55,629 nt of DNA, taken from contig JALHND010000005.1 of the NCBI GenBank assembly GCA_022843705.1, forward strand, positions 1-55,629, in the 5' to 3' direction. Positions 24,092 to 34,298 of the stretch are shown piece by piece. Both the position numbers and the translations under genes were made by a program. This DNA comes from Burkholderiales bacterium. GTDB taxonomy: Bacteria; Pseudomonadota; Gammaproteobacteria; Burkholderiales; SG8-41. The notes beneath the pieces were generated by a model. The model saw only the letters and a program-made list of their open reading frames with translations. It did not search any database and was not told the origin of the DNA. Positions within the stretch are counted from its first letter, which is position 1. Every line of letters begins with the position of its first letter.

Positions 24092-24747
24092 AACGGCGTG
24101 TCCTGCTGGCCGCGCTGCTGCTGGCAGCCGCGACTGCTTTCGCACAGGATGCCGGCCGCGACTCGGCACTGATTGCCGCGGCGGAGCGCGGCGACACGGC
24201 CGCGGTGCGCCAATTGCTCAAGGAAGGCGCCTCGCTGCTCGCACGCGACAGCGACGGCCGCACTGCGCTGGTCGCCGCCGCTTATGGCAACCAGGTCGCG
24301 GCCGCGCGCCTGCTGCTGGAGGCCGGAGCCAGCCCCAATGTGCGCGACACGATCGGTCGCACCGCGTTCATGGTCGCCGCGGTTTACGGCCACACCGAAA
24401 TCCTGCGGCTCACGCTCAAACACGGCGCCGATGTGCGCACCCTGAACCAGTACGGCGGTACGGCTTTGATACCGGCCTCTCACTACGGGCATGTCGAGGT
24501 GGTGCGCGAACTGCTGAAAACACCGATCGACATCAACCACGTCAACCGCTTCGGCTGGACGGCACTGATCGAGGCGGTGATCCTCGGCGACGGCGGTGCA
24601 AGGCACACCGCGATCGTGCGCCTGCTCGTGGAGCACGGGGCCGATGTCAACAGGACAGACCGCGACGGGATAACGCCCCTCGCGCATGCGCGCCAGCGCG
24701 GCTACCGCGACATCGTCCGCATTCTCGAGGCGGCTGGCGCACGCTGA
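24088..24747 (+). CDS. Exported ankyrin-repeat protein
   Basis: Signal peptide (AFA/Q); repeated GRTAL..AA..G / GWTALIEA ankyrin units; ATGA overlap with the uvrA stop. Confidence 0.9.
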
Positions 24748-24859
24748 ACACCCGGATCCCGGTTATGTTCCGGACAGTTGCCGCGGCAAGGACAACAGCG
24801 GCTCTGCGGCAATGGGCGCGGTCTATAATCGGCTGTCCCGCAACAGCGATCCCGATGCC

Positions 24860-25291
24860 ATGTCCTCGTTTTTCAGATTCACCCTTGCCGCACTGGCGGC
24901 CGCGCTGCTTGCCTCCTGCGCCACCGTCGACAAGCCGATCCCCCTGCCCGTGGGCCGCTGGGAACTGACCACGTCCAGCTTCATCGACGGCGGCCGCATG
25001 CCGGGCCTGCCGCGGGCGACACTGCAGTTCGGCAACGGCCGGATTTCCGCATTCAGTGGCTGCAACACCGGCAACGGCAGCGTTGAATCGGTCGATGGAC
25101 GGCTGGCGGTTTCACCGCTGGCGGCAACCCGCCGTGCCTGTCCGGAACCTCTGGGGGCCTTCGAGGGGCGGTATTTCAAACTGCTCGGCAGCAAACCCTA
25201 TTTCCGCGTCGAGGGTGACCAGCTGATCCTCTCGGCCGGTGACGACAGCGCCCGTTTCCGCCGCGCTCCCGCTGCTCCGGAAAAAAACTAA
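24860..25291 (+). CDS. META-domain (HslJ-like) lipoprotein
   Basis: LLASC lipobox, W-x-L, SGCN, ATRRAC motifs; TATAAT at 24824-24829 upstream. Confidence 0.85.
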   Translation: MSSFFRFTLAALAAALLASCATVDKPIPLPVGRWELTTSSFIDGGRMPGLPRATLQFGNGRISAFSGCNTGNGSVESVDGRLAVSPLAATRRACPEPLGAFEGRYFKLLGSKPYFRVEGDQLILSAGDDSARFRRAPAAPEKN

Positions 25292-25311
25292 CCCCTCCAC
25301 CGGAGCCATCG

Positions 25312-26175
25312 ATGATCCGCAACACGCTCAAACCCCACGTCAAGGACATCGACGGGCTCGCCGTGCGCCGCCTGCTGCCGTCCGCCGCGCAGAAGATGGT
25401 CGGCCCCTTCATCTTTTTCGATCACATGGGGCCGGCGCAGTTCCGGCCCGGCGAGGGCATCGACGTACGGCCGCATCCGCACATCGGTCTCGCCACGGTC
25501 ACCTACCTGTTCGACGGCGCGATCATGCACCGTGACAGCCTCGGCTGCGAACAGCGCATCACGCCCGGCGACGTCAACTGGATGACCGCCGGCCACGGCA
25601 TCGTGCACTCGGAACGCAGCCCCGACCAGGAGCGTGGCCGGGCGCGCGGCCTGCACGGCATCCAGACCTGGATCGCCCTGCCGCAGGCCGACGAACGCAC
25701 CGAGCCGGCGTTCACACACCACCCGAAAGCAAGCTTGCCGGTGCTGCAATGGCCGGACGTGGAATTGCGGCTCATTGCCGGCACCGGGTGGGGGAAGCAA
25801 TCGCCGGTAAAAACCTTCTCGCCGATGTTCTACGGCGCGGTGACCGCGCGTGCGGCGGCGCAGTTCGAGATTCCGGCGGAACATGAAGAACGCGCCATCT
25901 ATGTTGTTGACGGTGAAGTCACGGCGGACGGCAGCCCGGTGGCGCAATACACGGTCGCGGTGCTCGAACCCGGCGCACCGGTCGCCATTGCCTGTCCGGG
26001 ACCGGCACGGCTGATGGTATTCGGCGGCGCGCCGCTGGACGGCGACCGCTTCATTCACTGGAATTTTGTCGCCAGCAGCCGCGAGCTGATCGAGGAGGCG
26101 CGCACGCGCTGGCGCGAGCAGCGTTTCCCGCGGGTCCCCGACGAGACCGAGTTCATCCCGCTGCCCGAGCGTTAA
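25312..26175 (+). CDS. Pirin family protein
   Basis: GPFIFFDHMGP, PHPHIGLATVTYLF, WMTAGHGIVHSE. Confidence 0.93.
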   Translation: MIRNTLKPHVKDIDGLAVRRLLPSAAQKMVGPFIFFDHMGPAQFRPGEGIDVRPHPHIGLATVTYLFDGAIMHRDSLGCEQRITPGDVNWMTAGHGIVHSERSPDQERGRARGLHGIQTWIALPQADERTEPAFTHHPKASLPVLQWPDVELRLIAGTGWGKQSPVKTFSPMFYGAVTARAAAQFEIPAEHEERAIYVVDGEVTADGSPVAQYTVAVLEPGAPVAIACPGPARLMVFGGAPLDGDRFIHWNFVASSRELIEEARTRWREQRFPRVPDETEFIPLPER

Positions 26176-26211
26176 AATCACCCTTCAACCCGATTTGAAG
26201 CCGGAGCCCCC

Positions 26212-26844
26212 TTGAGCATAGCCTCGCTGCGCCGCGAATACATGGGCGAAAGTCTCGACGAGGCCGATGTCGCCGCCGATCCCTGCACGCAGTTCCAGCG
26301 CTGGTTCGATGAGGCGCTGCGCGCCGAACTGCCGCTGCCCAACGCGATGACGCTGGCCACGGCGGCTGCGGGCGGCGCGCCGTCGGCGCGCATCGTGCTG
26401 CTGAAAGGCTTCGACCGCGGGGGCTTCGTGTTTTACACGAACTACCGCAGCCGCAAGGGACGCGAACTCGCCGAAAACCCGCGCGCAGCGCTGCTCTTCC
26501 ACTGGGCTGAACTGGAGCGCGAAGTACGCGTCGAGGGCGGTATCGAGCAGGTCAGCGCCGCCGAATCCGACGACTATTTCGCCAGCCGGCCGCTGGGCAG
26601 CCGCCATGCGGCGATCGCCTCGCCGCAGAGCGAGATCGTCGCCAGCCGCACCGTGCTCGAGGAAAAATTCGCCGCCGCCGCCAATGCCCACGGCGAGGCC
26701 GCGCAGCGGCCGCCGCACTGGGGCGGCTACCGGCTGCGCCCGGCCACGGTCGAGTTCTGGCAGGGCCGGCCCAACCGGCTGCACGACCGCCTGCTCTACG
26801 TGCGCGACGGCGAACGCTGGTCGCTGCGCCGGCTGGCGCCCTGA
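26212..26844 (+). CDS. pdxH: Pyridoxamine 5'-phosphate oxidase
   Basis: [44 protein letters not shown]. Confidence 0.95.
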   Translation: MSIASLRREYMGESLDEADVAADPCTQFQRWFDEALRAELPLPNAMTLATAAAGGAPSARIVLLKGFDRGGFVFYTNYRSRKGRELAENPRAALLFHWAELEREVRVEGGIEQVSAAESDDYFASRPLGSRHAAIASPQSEIVASRTVLEEKFAAAANAHGEAAQRPPHWGGYRLRPATVEFWQGRPNRLHDRLLYVRDGERWSLRRLAP

Positions 26845-26905
26845 TCTGCCGGCGCCCGGGCAAGGGGGCGCTATACTCGGGGCACTTTTCCGCCGCCCGC
26901 CGACC

Positions 26906-27805
26906 TTGCCCGCACCGCTCTCCACACGCAGCTACGAATCCCTGCTGGCGTGGTACTTCGTCACGGTCTGGGGCTCCGGTTTTCTCGCCACCAAGCTCGG
27001 CCTGCAGCACGCCGCGCCGTTCACCTTCCTGTCTCTGCGTTTCACCTTCGGCCTGATCTGCCTGGTGCCGCTGCTGCTGGTCCTGCGCCCGCGCTGGCCG
27101 GCGAGCCGCCGCGAAGCCGGGCACCTGGTGGTCGCCGGGCTGCTGATGCATGCCGTGCACCTCGGCGGCAGCCACTACACGCAGTACCTCGGCATGTCGG
27201 CGGGCATCACTGCGGTGCTGCTGTCGGTGCAGCCGCTGCTGACCGCGGTGATCGCCGGACGCTGGATGGGCGAGCGGGTCGGTGCGAGGCAATGGGCGGG
27301 CATCGCCATCGGGCTCGCCGGCGTGACGCTGATCGTCTGGCACAAGATCGACGTGCGCGAGGCGACCGCGGGCGCGCTGCTCGCAGTGACGATTTCGCTG
27401 GCGGGGGTCACCGCGGGCACGCTTTACCAGCGTCGCTGGTGCCCCGACTCCGACCTGCGTGCGGCGGCACTGTTGCAGTTTGCCGGCTCGCTGGTCGTGC
27501 TTGCGCCGCTGGCCTGGCTGGTCGAGGGCGCCTCCGTGCGCTGGTCGTGGGCGCTGGCCGGGGCAATCGTGTTTCTGGTGATCGGCGCATCCTTCCTTGC
27601 GGTCAACGCACTGCACACGCTGATGCGCCGCGGACAGGCGACGCGCGTCACCAGCCTGATCTACCTGACGCCGATATTCGCGGTGGCGCTGGAGCTGCTG
27701 CTGTTCGGCGTAGTGCCTTCGGCGATCTCGCTCGCCGGCATCGCGGTGACCTGCCTCGGCGTGGCGATGGTGTCGTGGCGGTCGCGGCAGGAAGCTGCGG
27801 CATGA
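26906..27805 (+). CDS. EamA/DMT transporter
   Basis: About 10 TM segments, WGSGF, LRF, LIYLTPIFA; probable TTG start at 26906, TATACT at 26872-26877. Confidence 0.85.
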   Translation: MPAPLSTRSYESLLAWYFVTVWGSGFLATKLGLQHAAPFTFLSLRFTFGLICLVPLLLVLRPRWPASRREAGHLVVAGLLMHAVHLGGSHYTQYLGMSAGITAVLLSVQPLLTAVIAGRWMGERVGARQWAGIAIGLAGVTLIVWHKIDVREATAGALLAVTISLAGVTAGTLYQRRWCPDSDLRAAALLQFAGSLVVLAPLAWLVEGASVRWSWALAGAIVFLVIGASFLAVNALHTLMRRGQATRVTSLIYLTPIFAVALELLLFGVVPSAISLAGIAVTCLGVAMVSWRSRQEAAA

Positions 27806-28938
27806 CCGGTGCCGGCATCCGTTTCGTGCTGCTGCTGACGGTGCTGCTGCACCTCGCCTTCGCCGGCATCCGCGTCACGCTGTCGCTGTTCGCGCTGCAT
27901 CTGCAGGCATCGACGCTGGCGGTGGGCGTGCTGATTTCGCTGCTGGCGGCGGTGCCGCTGCTGTTCGCGGTGGGCTGGGGACGCACCATCGACCGCATCG
28001 GCGTGCGCCTGCCGCTGCTGATCGGCGCCGGCGCGGTACTCGGCGCACTGCTGCTGGTGGCGGCCCTGCCGCGCCTGGAAGCGCTGTTCGTCGCCAGCGC
28101 GCTGGCTGGCAGCGGATTCATGCTGGTACACATCTGCGTCAACCAGGCCGCCGGCCTGCTCGGCACGCCGGAAGACCGCGCGCGCAATTTCAGCCTGCTG
28201 GCGCTGGCCTTCTCCACTTCGGGGTTCCTCGGGCCGGTGATCTCCGGCTTCGCCATCGATTTCGTCGGCCACCGCCTGACCTTCGTGCTGCTTGCCACAA
28301 GCGTGGTCGCCGGCATCGCGCTGCTGCTGTGGCGACCGATACGGCTGCCGTCACATCCGGCGCCGGCAGAGGGCGCCGCGCCCAGGCGCCTGGGCGACCT
28401 GTTCCGCATCCGCAACCTGCGCCGCGCCTTCGTCGCCAGCGCGGCACTGTCGATGGCCTGGGACCTGTTCACCTTCGTCACGCCGATCCACGGCACGCGG
28501 CTGGGCCTGTCGGCATCGACCATCGGCCTGATCCTCGGCTGCTTCGGGGCGGCGATTTTCGCGGTACGGCTGGTGCTGCCGCTGGTCGTGCACCGTCTGC
28601 GCGAATGGCCGCTGCTGATCGGCGGCATGGTCGCCACCGGGACGGCGATGGCGGTGTTCCCGCTGATCGGCAGTGCGCCGCTGCTGATGGCGGTGGCCTT
28701 CGTCATCGGACTTGCCATCGGCGGCACCCAGCCGATGATCATGTCGGTGCTCTACAACACGGCGCCGCCGGGACGCGGCGGCGAGGTGGTGGGCGTGCGC
28801 ACCTTCCTGCTGAATCTGACCCAGGCCGGCATGCCGCTGCTGTTCGGCGCCGTCGGCGCTTCGCTCGGCATGACACCGGTGTTCTGGACGATGGCCGGCG
28901 TGCTGCTCGCCGGTGCGCTCTTCGTCAGCCGGCGCTGA
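27802..28938 (+). CDS. MFS transporter
   Basis: GRTIDRIGVR motif A, about 12 TM segments; ATGA-coupled to the DMT gene. Confidence 0.88.
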   Translation: MTGAGIRFVLLLTVLLHLAFAGIRVTLSLFALHLQASTLAVGVLISLLAAVPLLFAVGWGRTIDRIGVRLPLLIGAGAVLGALLLVAALPRLEALFVASALAGSGFMLVHICVNQAAGLLGTPEDRARNFSLLALAFSTSGFLGPVISGFAIDFVGHRLTFVLLATSVVAGIALLLWRPIRLPSHPAPAEGAAPRRLGDLFRIRNLRRAFVASAALSMAWDLFTFVTPIHGTRLGLSASTIGLILGCFGAAIFAVRLVLPLVVHRLREWPLLIGGMVATGTAMAVFPLIGSAPLLMAVAFVIGLAIGGTQPMIMSVLYNTAPPGRGGEVVGVRTFLLNLTQAGMPLLFGAVGASLGMTPVFWTMAGVLLAGALFVSRR

Positions 28939-28954
28939 ACACCGCGGCAGACCC

Positions 28955-28987
28955 GCAAAAGCAAACGGGGCGCCAGAGGCGCCCCGT
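28955..28987 (-). terminator. Intrinsic terminator between convergent MFS and SWIB genes
   Basis: ACGGGGCGCC-aga-GGCGCCCCGT stem (28965-28987) followed on the minus strand by a T-rich tail. Confidence 0.7.
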
Positions 28988-29010
28988 CGACAATCCGCAA
29001 TCGCTGCGGT

Positions 29011-29325
29011 TTATTTCAGGTGCTTGTTGACCAGCTTGGTCATCTCGAACATCGACACCTGCTTCTTGCCGCCGAAGACGTCTTTCAGCTTCTCGTCGGC
29101 GTTGATGTTGCGGCGGTTCTTGCTGTCCTGCAGGCCGTGCTTCTTGATGTAGGCCCAGATTTTCTTGGTGACTTCGGTGCGCGGCATCGCGCTGTTGCCG
29201 ATCACCGCACCGAGCGCGGCGCTCGGTTGCATGGCCTTCATGAACGCGGCATTGGGTTTGCGTTTCGCGCCGGCTTTCTTTTTCTTAGCGGCGGGTTTCT
29301 TGGTAGCTTTTTTCTTTGCAGCCAT
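29011..29325 (-). CDS. Stand-alone SWIB/MDM2-domain protein with Lys/Ala-rich tail
   Basis: MAAKKKATKKPAAKKKKAG tail; PRTEVTKKIWAYIKKHGLQD..NRRNINADEKLKDVFGG..VSMFEM; SD GGGAG. Confidence 0.92.
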   Translation of the reverse strand: MAAKKKATKKPAAKKKKAGAKRKPNAAFMKAMQPSAALGAVIGNSAMPRTEVTKKIWAYIKKHGLQDSKNRRNINADEKLKDVFGGKKQVSMFEMTKLVNKHLK

Positions 29326-29355
29326 CGAGTGTTCTCCCGTTGTGTCCGGATAGGA

Positions 29356-29400
29356 CCGGTTGGTCAGGTTGGTCAGGTAATTCAGCTGATTCAGGTTCGT
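29356..29400. repeat. Five imperfect 9-bp tandem repeats
   Basis: CCGGTTGGT CAGGTTGGT CAGGTAATT CAGCTGATT CAGGTTCGT. Confidence 0.75.
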
Positions 29401-29431
29401 CTGCTTTTCCGTGATAGCGCACGGTGACGAG

Positions 29432-29460
29432 AGGATGCCGAGGGAAAAAGCCTTTGTCAA
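29432..29460 (-). promoter_or_regulatory. Sigma70-type promoter for the SWIB gene
   Basis: TTGACA-N17-CATCCT on the minus strand; dyad GTTTTCC-N4-GGAAAAC (29462-29479) abuts the -35. Confidence 0.55.
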
Positions 29461-29752
29461 CGTTTTCCAGAGGGAAAACCAGAGGGTACGGCATGCGAAT
29501 TTTCAAGTGCGATCGGACGGTCCGGCAGGCGAAATGCGTACCGTTTGTATCTGCGGCCGAGTCGCAGCACAATAGGCTTCCCTCGCCCGCCGCCTCCCGG
29601 GAACTCGCCTGCGGCGCAAGAGCAGAAACAAATCAATGACCTAAACGGGGAATTTGAATTGTGTATCTGCAACATATGCGATCCACGCAAGGACGCGCCG
29701 GCGTCGTCGCTCGGTGACAGCAGGATCGCAAGCCCCGAGGCCGCCCGCCGCC

Positions 29753-30766
29753 ATGTCCAGACAGCTGTCCCTGTTCGACGCTGAGGCGCGCGCCGCCGCG
29801 CGCCGGACGGTGGCCATCGCCGCCGCACCGGTGACGCCGGAGGTGCGCGACCTCGCCCGGCAGTTGCCTGCAGGCGTGCGGCTGGGCACGTCGTCCTGGC
29901 ATTTCCCCGGCTGGCGCGGCACGGTCTGGGCTGATGCGCCGTCGCCCGGCGACCTCGCGCGCCACGGTCTGCAGGCTTATGCCCAGCATCCCCTGTTCCG
30001 CGCCGCCGGCATCGACCGCAGCTTTCATGCGCCGCTGAGTGCGCGCCAGTACGCCGCCCATGCCGCGCAGGTGCCGGAGGGATTCCGTTTCCTCGTCCGG
30101 GCGCCGGGGACGGTAACCGGGCCGTGGCAGCACGGCGAGGACGGCGGGCGCGGCGGTCCGAACCGGCATTTCCTCGATGCGGCCTATGCCGCCGAACAGT
30201 TCGTCGGTCCCGCCTGCGAAGGTCTGGGCGCAGCCGCGGGACCGCTGCTGTTCCAGTTCCCGCCCCTCGGGCGCACGCTGACGCGCTCGCCGGAACGTTT
30301 CATCGCGCGGCTGCACGATTTCCTCGAGCAGTTGCCGAAAGGGCCTCTGTACGCGGTCGAGATGCGCGACGACCGGATGATCACCCGGCGCTTTTTCGCT
30401 TCGCTGAAGGATGCCGGTGCACGCTATTGCGTCGGCGTGCATCCGCGGATGCCGCCGGTGGCGGCGCAGGCGGCGGCGATGTCCGGCTTCGGCGCGGGGC
30501 CGCTGGTGCTGCGCTGGAGCCTGCGCGCGGGATACAGCGATGAAGAAGCCACCGCGCGGTTCGCGCCCTTCGACCGGCTGGTCGACGAGGACGCCGCGAC
30601 GCGGGAATCGATCGCACGGCTGTGCGCGGCGACGCTGTCCGCCGGCCAGGAATGCACGATCATCGTCAACAACAAGGCGGAGGGATCGGCGCCGCTGACG
30701 CTCTTCAGACTGGCGCAGGCGATCGTCGCCACCGCGCGCCAGCGCCGCCACGCCGCCGAAGCGTGA
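29753..30766 (+). CDS. DUF72 (YecE-like) protein
   Basis: LGTSSWHFPGW, IDRSFH, LLFQFPP, YAVEMR, VNNKAEGSAP; start MSRQLSLF at 29753. Confidence 0.88.
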   Translation: MSRQLSLFDAEARAAARRTVAIAAAPVTPEVRDLARQLPAGVRLGTSSWHFPGWRGTVWADAPSPGDLARHGLQAYAQHPLFRAAGIDRSFHAPLSARQYAAHAAQVPEGFRFLVRAPGTVTGPWQHGEDGGRGGPNRHFLDAAYAAEQFVGPACEGLGAAAGPLLFQFPPLGRTLTRSPERFIARLHDFLEQLPKGPLYAVEMRDDRMITRRFFASLKDAGARYCVGVHPRMPPVAAQAAAMSGFGAGPLVLRWSLRAGYSDEEATARFAPFDRLVDEDAATRESIARLCAATLSAGQECTIIVNNKAEGSAPLTLFRLAQAIVATARQRRHAAEA

Positions 30767-30790
30767 CCTTTTGCACGTTCCGGGCGGCGC

Positions 30791-31351
<561 letters not shown>

Positions 31352-31411
31352 CGTGTTCTCCCGTGGTGAATTCCTTGCCCGTCAGTCGTGCGGGCCGCGG
31401 ATTCCTGACAC

Positions 31412-32416
31412 CTAGCTTTTCTGCATCTCCCGGTGATAGCCGGTGACGCGTTCGACCTCGTTGCGCGAACCGAGGATGACGCCGACGCGCTGGTGCAGTT
31501 TCGCCGGCTGCACGTCGAGGATGCGCTGCATGCCGTTGGTGGCGGCGCCGCCGGCCTGCTCGACGATCATCGACATCGGGTTGGCTTCGTACATCAGCCG
31601 CAGCCGGCCTTCCTTGTGCTTGGCATCCTGGGGATACATGAATATGCCGCCGCGGGTCAGGATGCGGTAGACGTCGGCGACCATCGAGGCCACCCAGCGC
31701 ATGTTGTAGTCCTTGCCGAGCGGACCAGTCTTGCCGGCGAGACATTCGTCGATATAACGCGTCACCGCCGGGCCCCAGTTGCGGCGGTTCGACATGTTGA
31801 TCGCGAACTCGGAAGTGTCGGCGGGAATCTCGATTTTCGGCTGGGTCAGGATCCAGCTGCCCATCTCGCGATCGAGCGTGAAGCCGGCGACGCCGTTGCC
31901 GACGGTCAGCACGAGGATCGTCGAGGGGCCGTAGACCGCGAAACCGGCGGCGACCTGTTTCGAACCCGGCTGCAGGAAGGCCTGTTCGTCCGGGGTGACG
32001 CCTTCGGGGCAGCGCAGCACCGAGAAGATGGTGCCGATCGACACGTTGACGTCGATGTTGGAGGAGCCGTCGAGCGGATCCATCAGCAGCAGGAATTCGC
32101 CGCGCGGGTAGCGGTTGGGAATCTGGTGGGGATGCTCCATTTCCTCGGAGGCCATCGCCGCGAGGTGGCCGCCCCATTCGTTGGCCTCGAGCAGCACTTC
32201 GTTGGAAATGACATCGAGCTTTTTCTGGGCCTCGCCCTGCACGTTGTCGCTGCCGGCGTTGCCGAGGATGCCGGTCAGCGCGCCCTTGCTCACGGCATTG
32301 CTGATCGATTTGCAGGCCCGCGCGACGACTTCGATCAGCAACCGCAGTTCGCCGGAAACGATGCCTTTTTCGCGCTGCTGTTCGACCAGATACTGCGTGA
32401 GTGTAATGCGCCGCAT
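31412..32416 (-). CDS. fbp: Class 1 fructose-1,6-bisphosphatase
   Basis: [32 protein letters not shown]; start MRRITL at 32416. Confidence 0.95.
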   Translation of the reverse strand: MRRITLTQYLVEQQREKGIVSGELRLLIEVVARACKSISNAVSKGALTGILGNAGSDNVQGEAQKKLDVISNEVLLEANEWGGHLAAMASEEMEHPHQIPNRYPRGEFLLLMDPLDGSSNIDVNVSIGTIFSVLRCPEGVTPDEQAFLQPGSKQVAAGFAVYGPSTILVLTVGNGVAGFTLDREMGSWILTQPKIEIPADTSEFAINMSNRRNWGPAVTRYIDECLAGKTGPLGKDYNMRWVASMVADVYRILTRGGIFMYPQDAKHKEGRLRLMYEANPMSMIVEQAGGAATNGMQRILDVQPAKLHQRVGVILGSRNEVERVTGYHREMQKS

Positions 32417-32502
32417 GTTTTCTCCACTAATGAACGGGACCCGGTGCGCCGGGTTCGGGAACGCGATTATCCGATATACTGGTTTTGACCGGGAGACAGC
32501 CC

Positions 32503-33132
32503 ATGATGTTGATGATTTTGAAAGACATTTCACGGTGTGCCGCACTCGCCTGCGCGCTGCTGATGCCGCTGACGGTGAGCGCGCAGCCGGCGAAACCGGC
32601 CGCCCCGGCGACGGCCGTCGCCACCTTCGGCGGCGGCTGCTTCTGGTGCATGGAAGAGGCCTTCGACAAGCTGCCCGGCGTGATCTCGACGGTCTCGGGT
32701 TACATGGGCGGGCGCACGCCGAATCCGACCTACCCGCAGGTGTCGACCGGAACCACCGGCCACAACGAGGTCGTCCAGGTCAGCTACGATCCGGCGAAGA
32801 TCAGCTACGTGCAGCTGCTCGACGCCTTCTGGCGCAACATCGACCCGACCCAGGCCAACGGCCAGTTCTGCGACCAGGGTTCGCAGTACCGCAGCGAAAT
32901 CTTCTACCACGACGAATCCCAGCGCAAACTCGCCGAGGCTTCGAAAGCGGCGCTGCTGAAGAACAAGCCCTTTGCCGGCGACGTACATACGCTGGTGACC
33001 GCGGCCAGCCGCTTCTATCCGGCCGAGGAGTACCACCAGGACTATTACCGCAAGAATCCCGTCCGTTACAGCTATTACAAGACCGGCTGCGGACGCGAGG
33101 CGCGGCTGAAAGAGGTCTGGAAAACCCGCTGA
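32503..33132 (+). CDS. msrA: Peptide methionine sulfoxide reductase A with signal peptide
   Basis: Hydrophobic leader ending VSA/Q; [37 protein letters not shown]. Confidence 0.92.
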   Translation: MMLMILKDISRCAALACALLMPLTVSAQPAKPAAPATAVATFGGGCFWCMEEAFDKLPGVISTVSGYMGGRTPNPTYPQVSTGTTGHNEVVQVSYDPAKISYVQLLDAFWRNIDPTQANGQFCDQGSQYRSEIFYHDESQRKLAEASKAALLKNKPFAGDVHTLVTAASRFYPAEEYHQDYYRKNPVRYSYYKTGCGREARLKEVWKTR

Positions 33133-33151
33133 TGCGCCTGGCGCGCCGCCG

Positions 33152-34273
33152 ATGATCCGGCAATTGTTGCTGATCGGTGGCGGCCACAGCCACATCGAGG
33201 TCATCCGGCGTTTCGGCCTCTCACCCGAACCGGGTGTCGCCGTGACGCTGCTCAGCCCGGACCGCCACACGGCGTACTCGGGCATGCTGCCGGGCCATGT
33301 CGCCGGCCATTACACCCACGCCGAATGCCATATCGACCTCGGGACGCTGTGCCGTGATGCCGGCGTGCGGCGCATCGCCGGCACGGCCGAAGGGCTCGAT
33401 CTCGCGCGGCAGCTGGCGCGCTGCGATGACGGGCAGGAGCTGCGCTTCGACCTGCTGTCGATCGACGCCGGTTCGGCGCCGGCGCTGGACGCCGTTCCCG
33501 GCGCCCGCGACCACGGCCTGCCGCTGCGGCCGGTCGCACGCTTCCTCGAGGGTTGGCAGGCGCTGCGCGCCGTCGCACGCGGCGGCGGATTGCACATCGC
33601 GGTGGTCGGTGCCGGGGCCGCCGGCGTCGAAATCGCGCTGGCCATGCAGCATCGCCTCGCCCTCGACGCCGCACCGGCGCGGTTCACGCTGATCGGCGAC
33701 GGTCCCGCAATCCTCGCCGGCCATGCGCGCGGCGTGCAGCGGCGTTTCGAGCGCATCCTGCACGAGCGGGGCATCGTGCTGCATCTGGATGTGGCCGTGG
33801 AGCGCGCCGAGGCCGGGGCCCTGTGGCTGTGCAGGGGGGAACGCTGCGCGGCGGACGCCGTCGTCTGGGCCACCGGCGCCGCCGCTCCGGCATGGCCGCG
33901 CGCGAGCGGATTGCAGACCGACGCCGCCGGCTTCATCGCCGTCGACGAACACCTGCAGTCGCTGTCACATCCGGGGGTGTTCACCGCCGGCGACATCGCA
34001 TCGATGACCGGCGCTTCGCATCCGAAGTCCGGCGTCTACGCAGTACGCCAGGGCCCGCCGCTGGCGGAAAACCTGCGGCGCGCATTGCGCGGTGAAAAAC
34101 TGCTGCGATACCGGCCGCAGGCGCGCGCGCTGGCACTGATCAGTACCGGCGACCGCCAGGCCGTGGCTTCATACGGGCCGTTCGCGTTTGGCGGGCGCTG
34201 GGTCTGGCGCTGGAAGGATCACATCGACCGCGGCTTCGTGGCGCGTTACCGCGCTACTGCTGGATCAATGTAA
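33152..34273 (+). CDS. FAD-dependent pyridine nucleotide-disulfide oxidoreductase (SelD N-terminal-like)
   Basis: LIGGGHSH, YSGMLPG, VGAGAAGVE, FTAGD, PKSGVYAVRQGP, WKDHIDRGF. Confidence 0.85.
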   Translation: MIRQLLLIGGGHSHIEVIRRFGLSPEPGVAVTLLSPDRHTAYSGMLPGHVAGHYTHAECHIDLGTLCRDAGVRRIAGTAEGLDLARQLARCDDGQELRFDLLSIDAGSAPALDAVPGARDHGLPLRPVARFLEGWQALRAVARGGGLHIAVVGAGAAGVEIALAMQHRLALDAAPARFTLIGDGPAILAGHARGVQRRFERILHERGIVLHLDVAVERAEAGALWLCRGERCAADAVVWATGAAAPAWPRASGLQTDAAGFIAVDEHLQSLSHPGVFTAGDIASMTGASHPKSGVYAVRQGPPLAENLRRALRGEKLLRYRPQARALALISTGDRQAVASYGPFAFGGRWVWRWKDHIDRGFVARYRATAGSM

Positions 34274-34298
34274 ATATTTGTTTTAATTGAATATTTTT
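34271..34298 (-). repeat. 28-bp AT-rich dispersed motif (IHF-like), copy 3
   Basis: Reverse complement AAAAATATTCAATTAAAACAAATATTTA, 25/28 identical to copy 5; spans the whole gap between two convergent stop codons. Confidence 0.75.

Noticed and set aside
29356-29400. Tandem repeats considered as a CRISPR array or iterons
   Set aside because: Units are 9 bp with no spacers, and no cas or rep gene is present.
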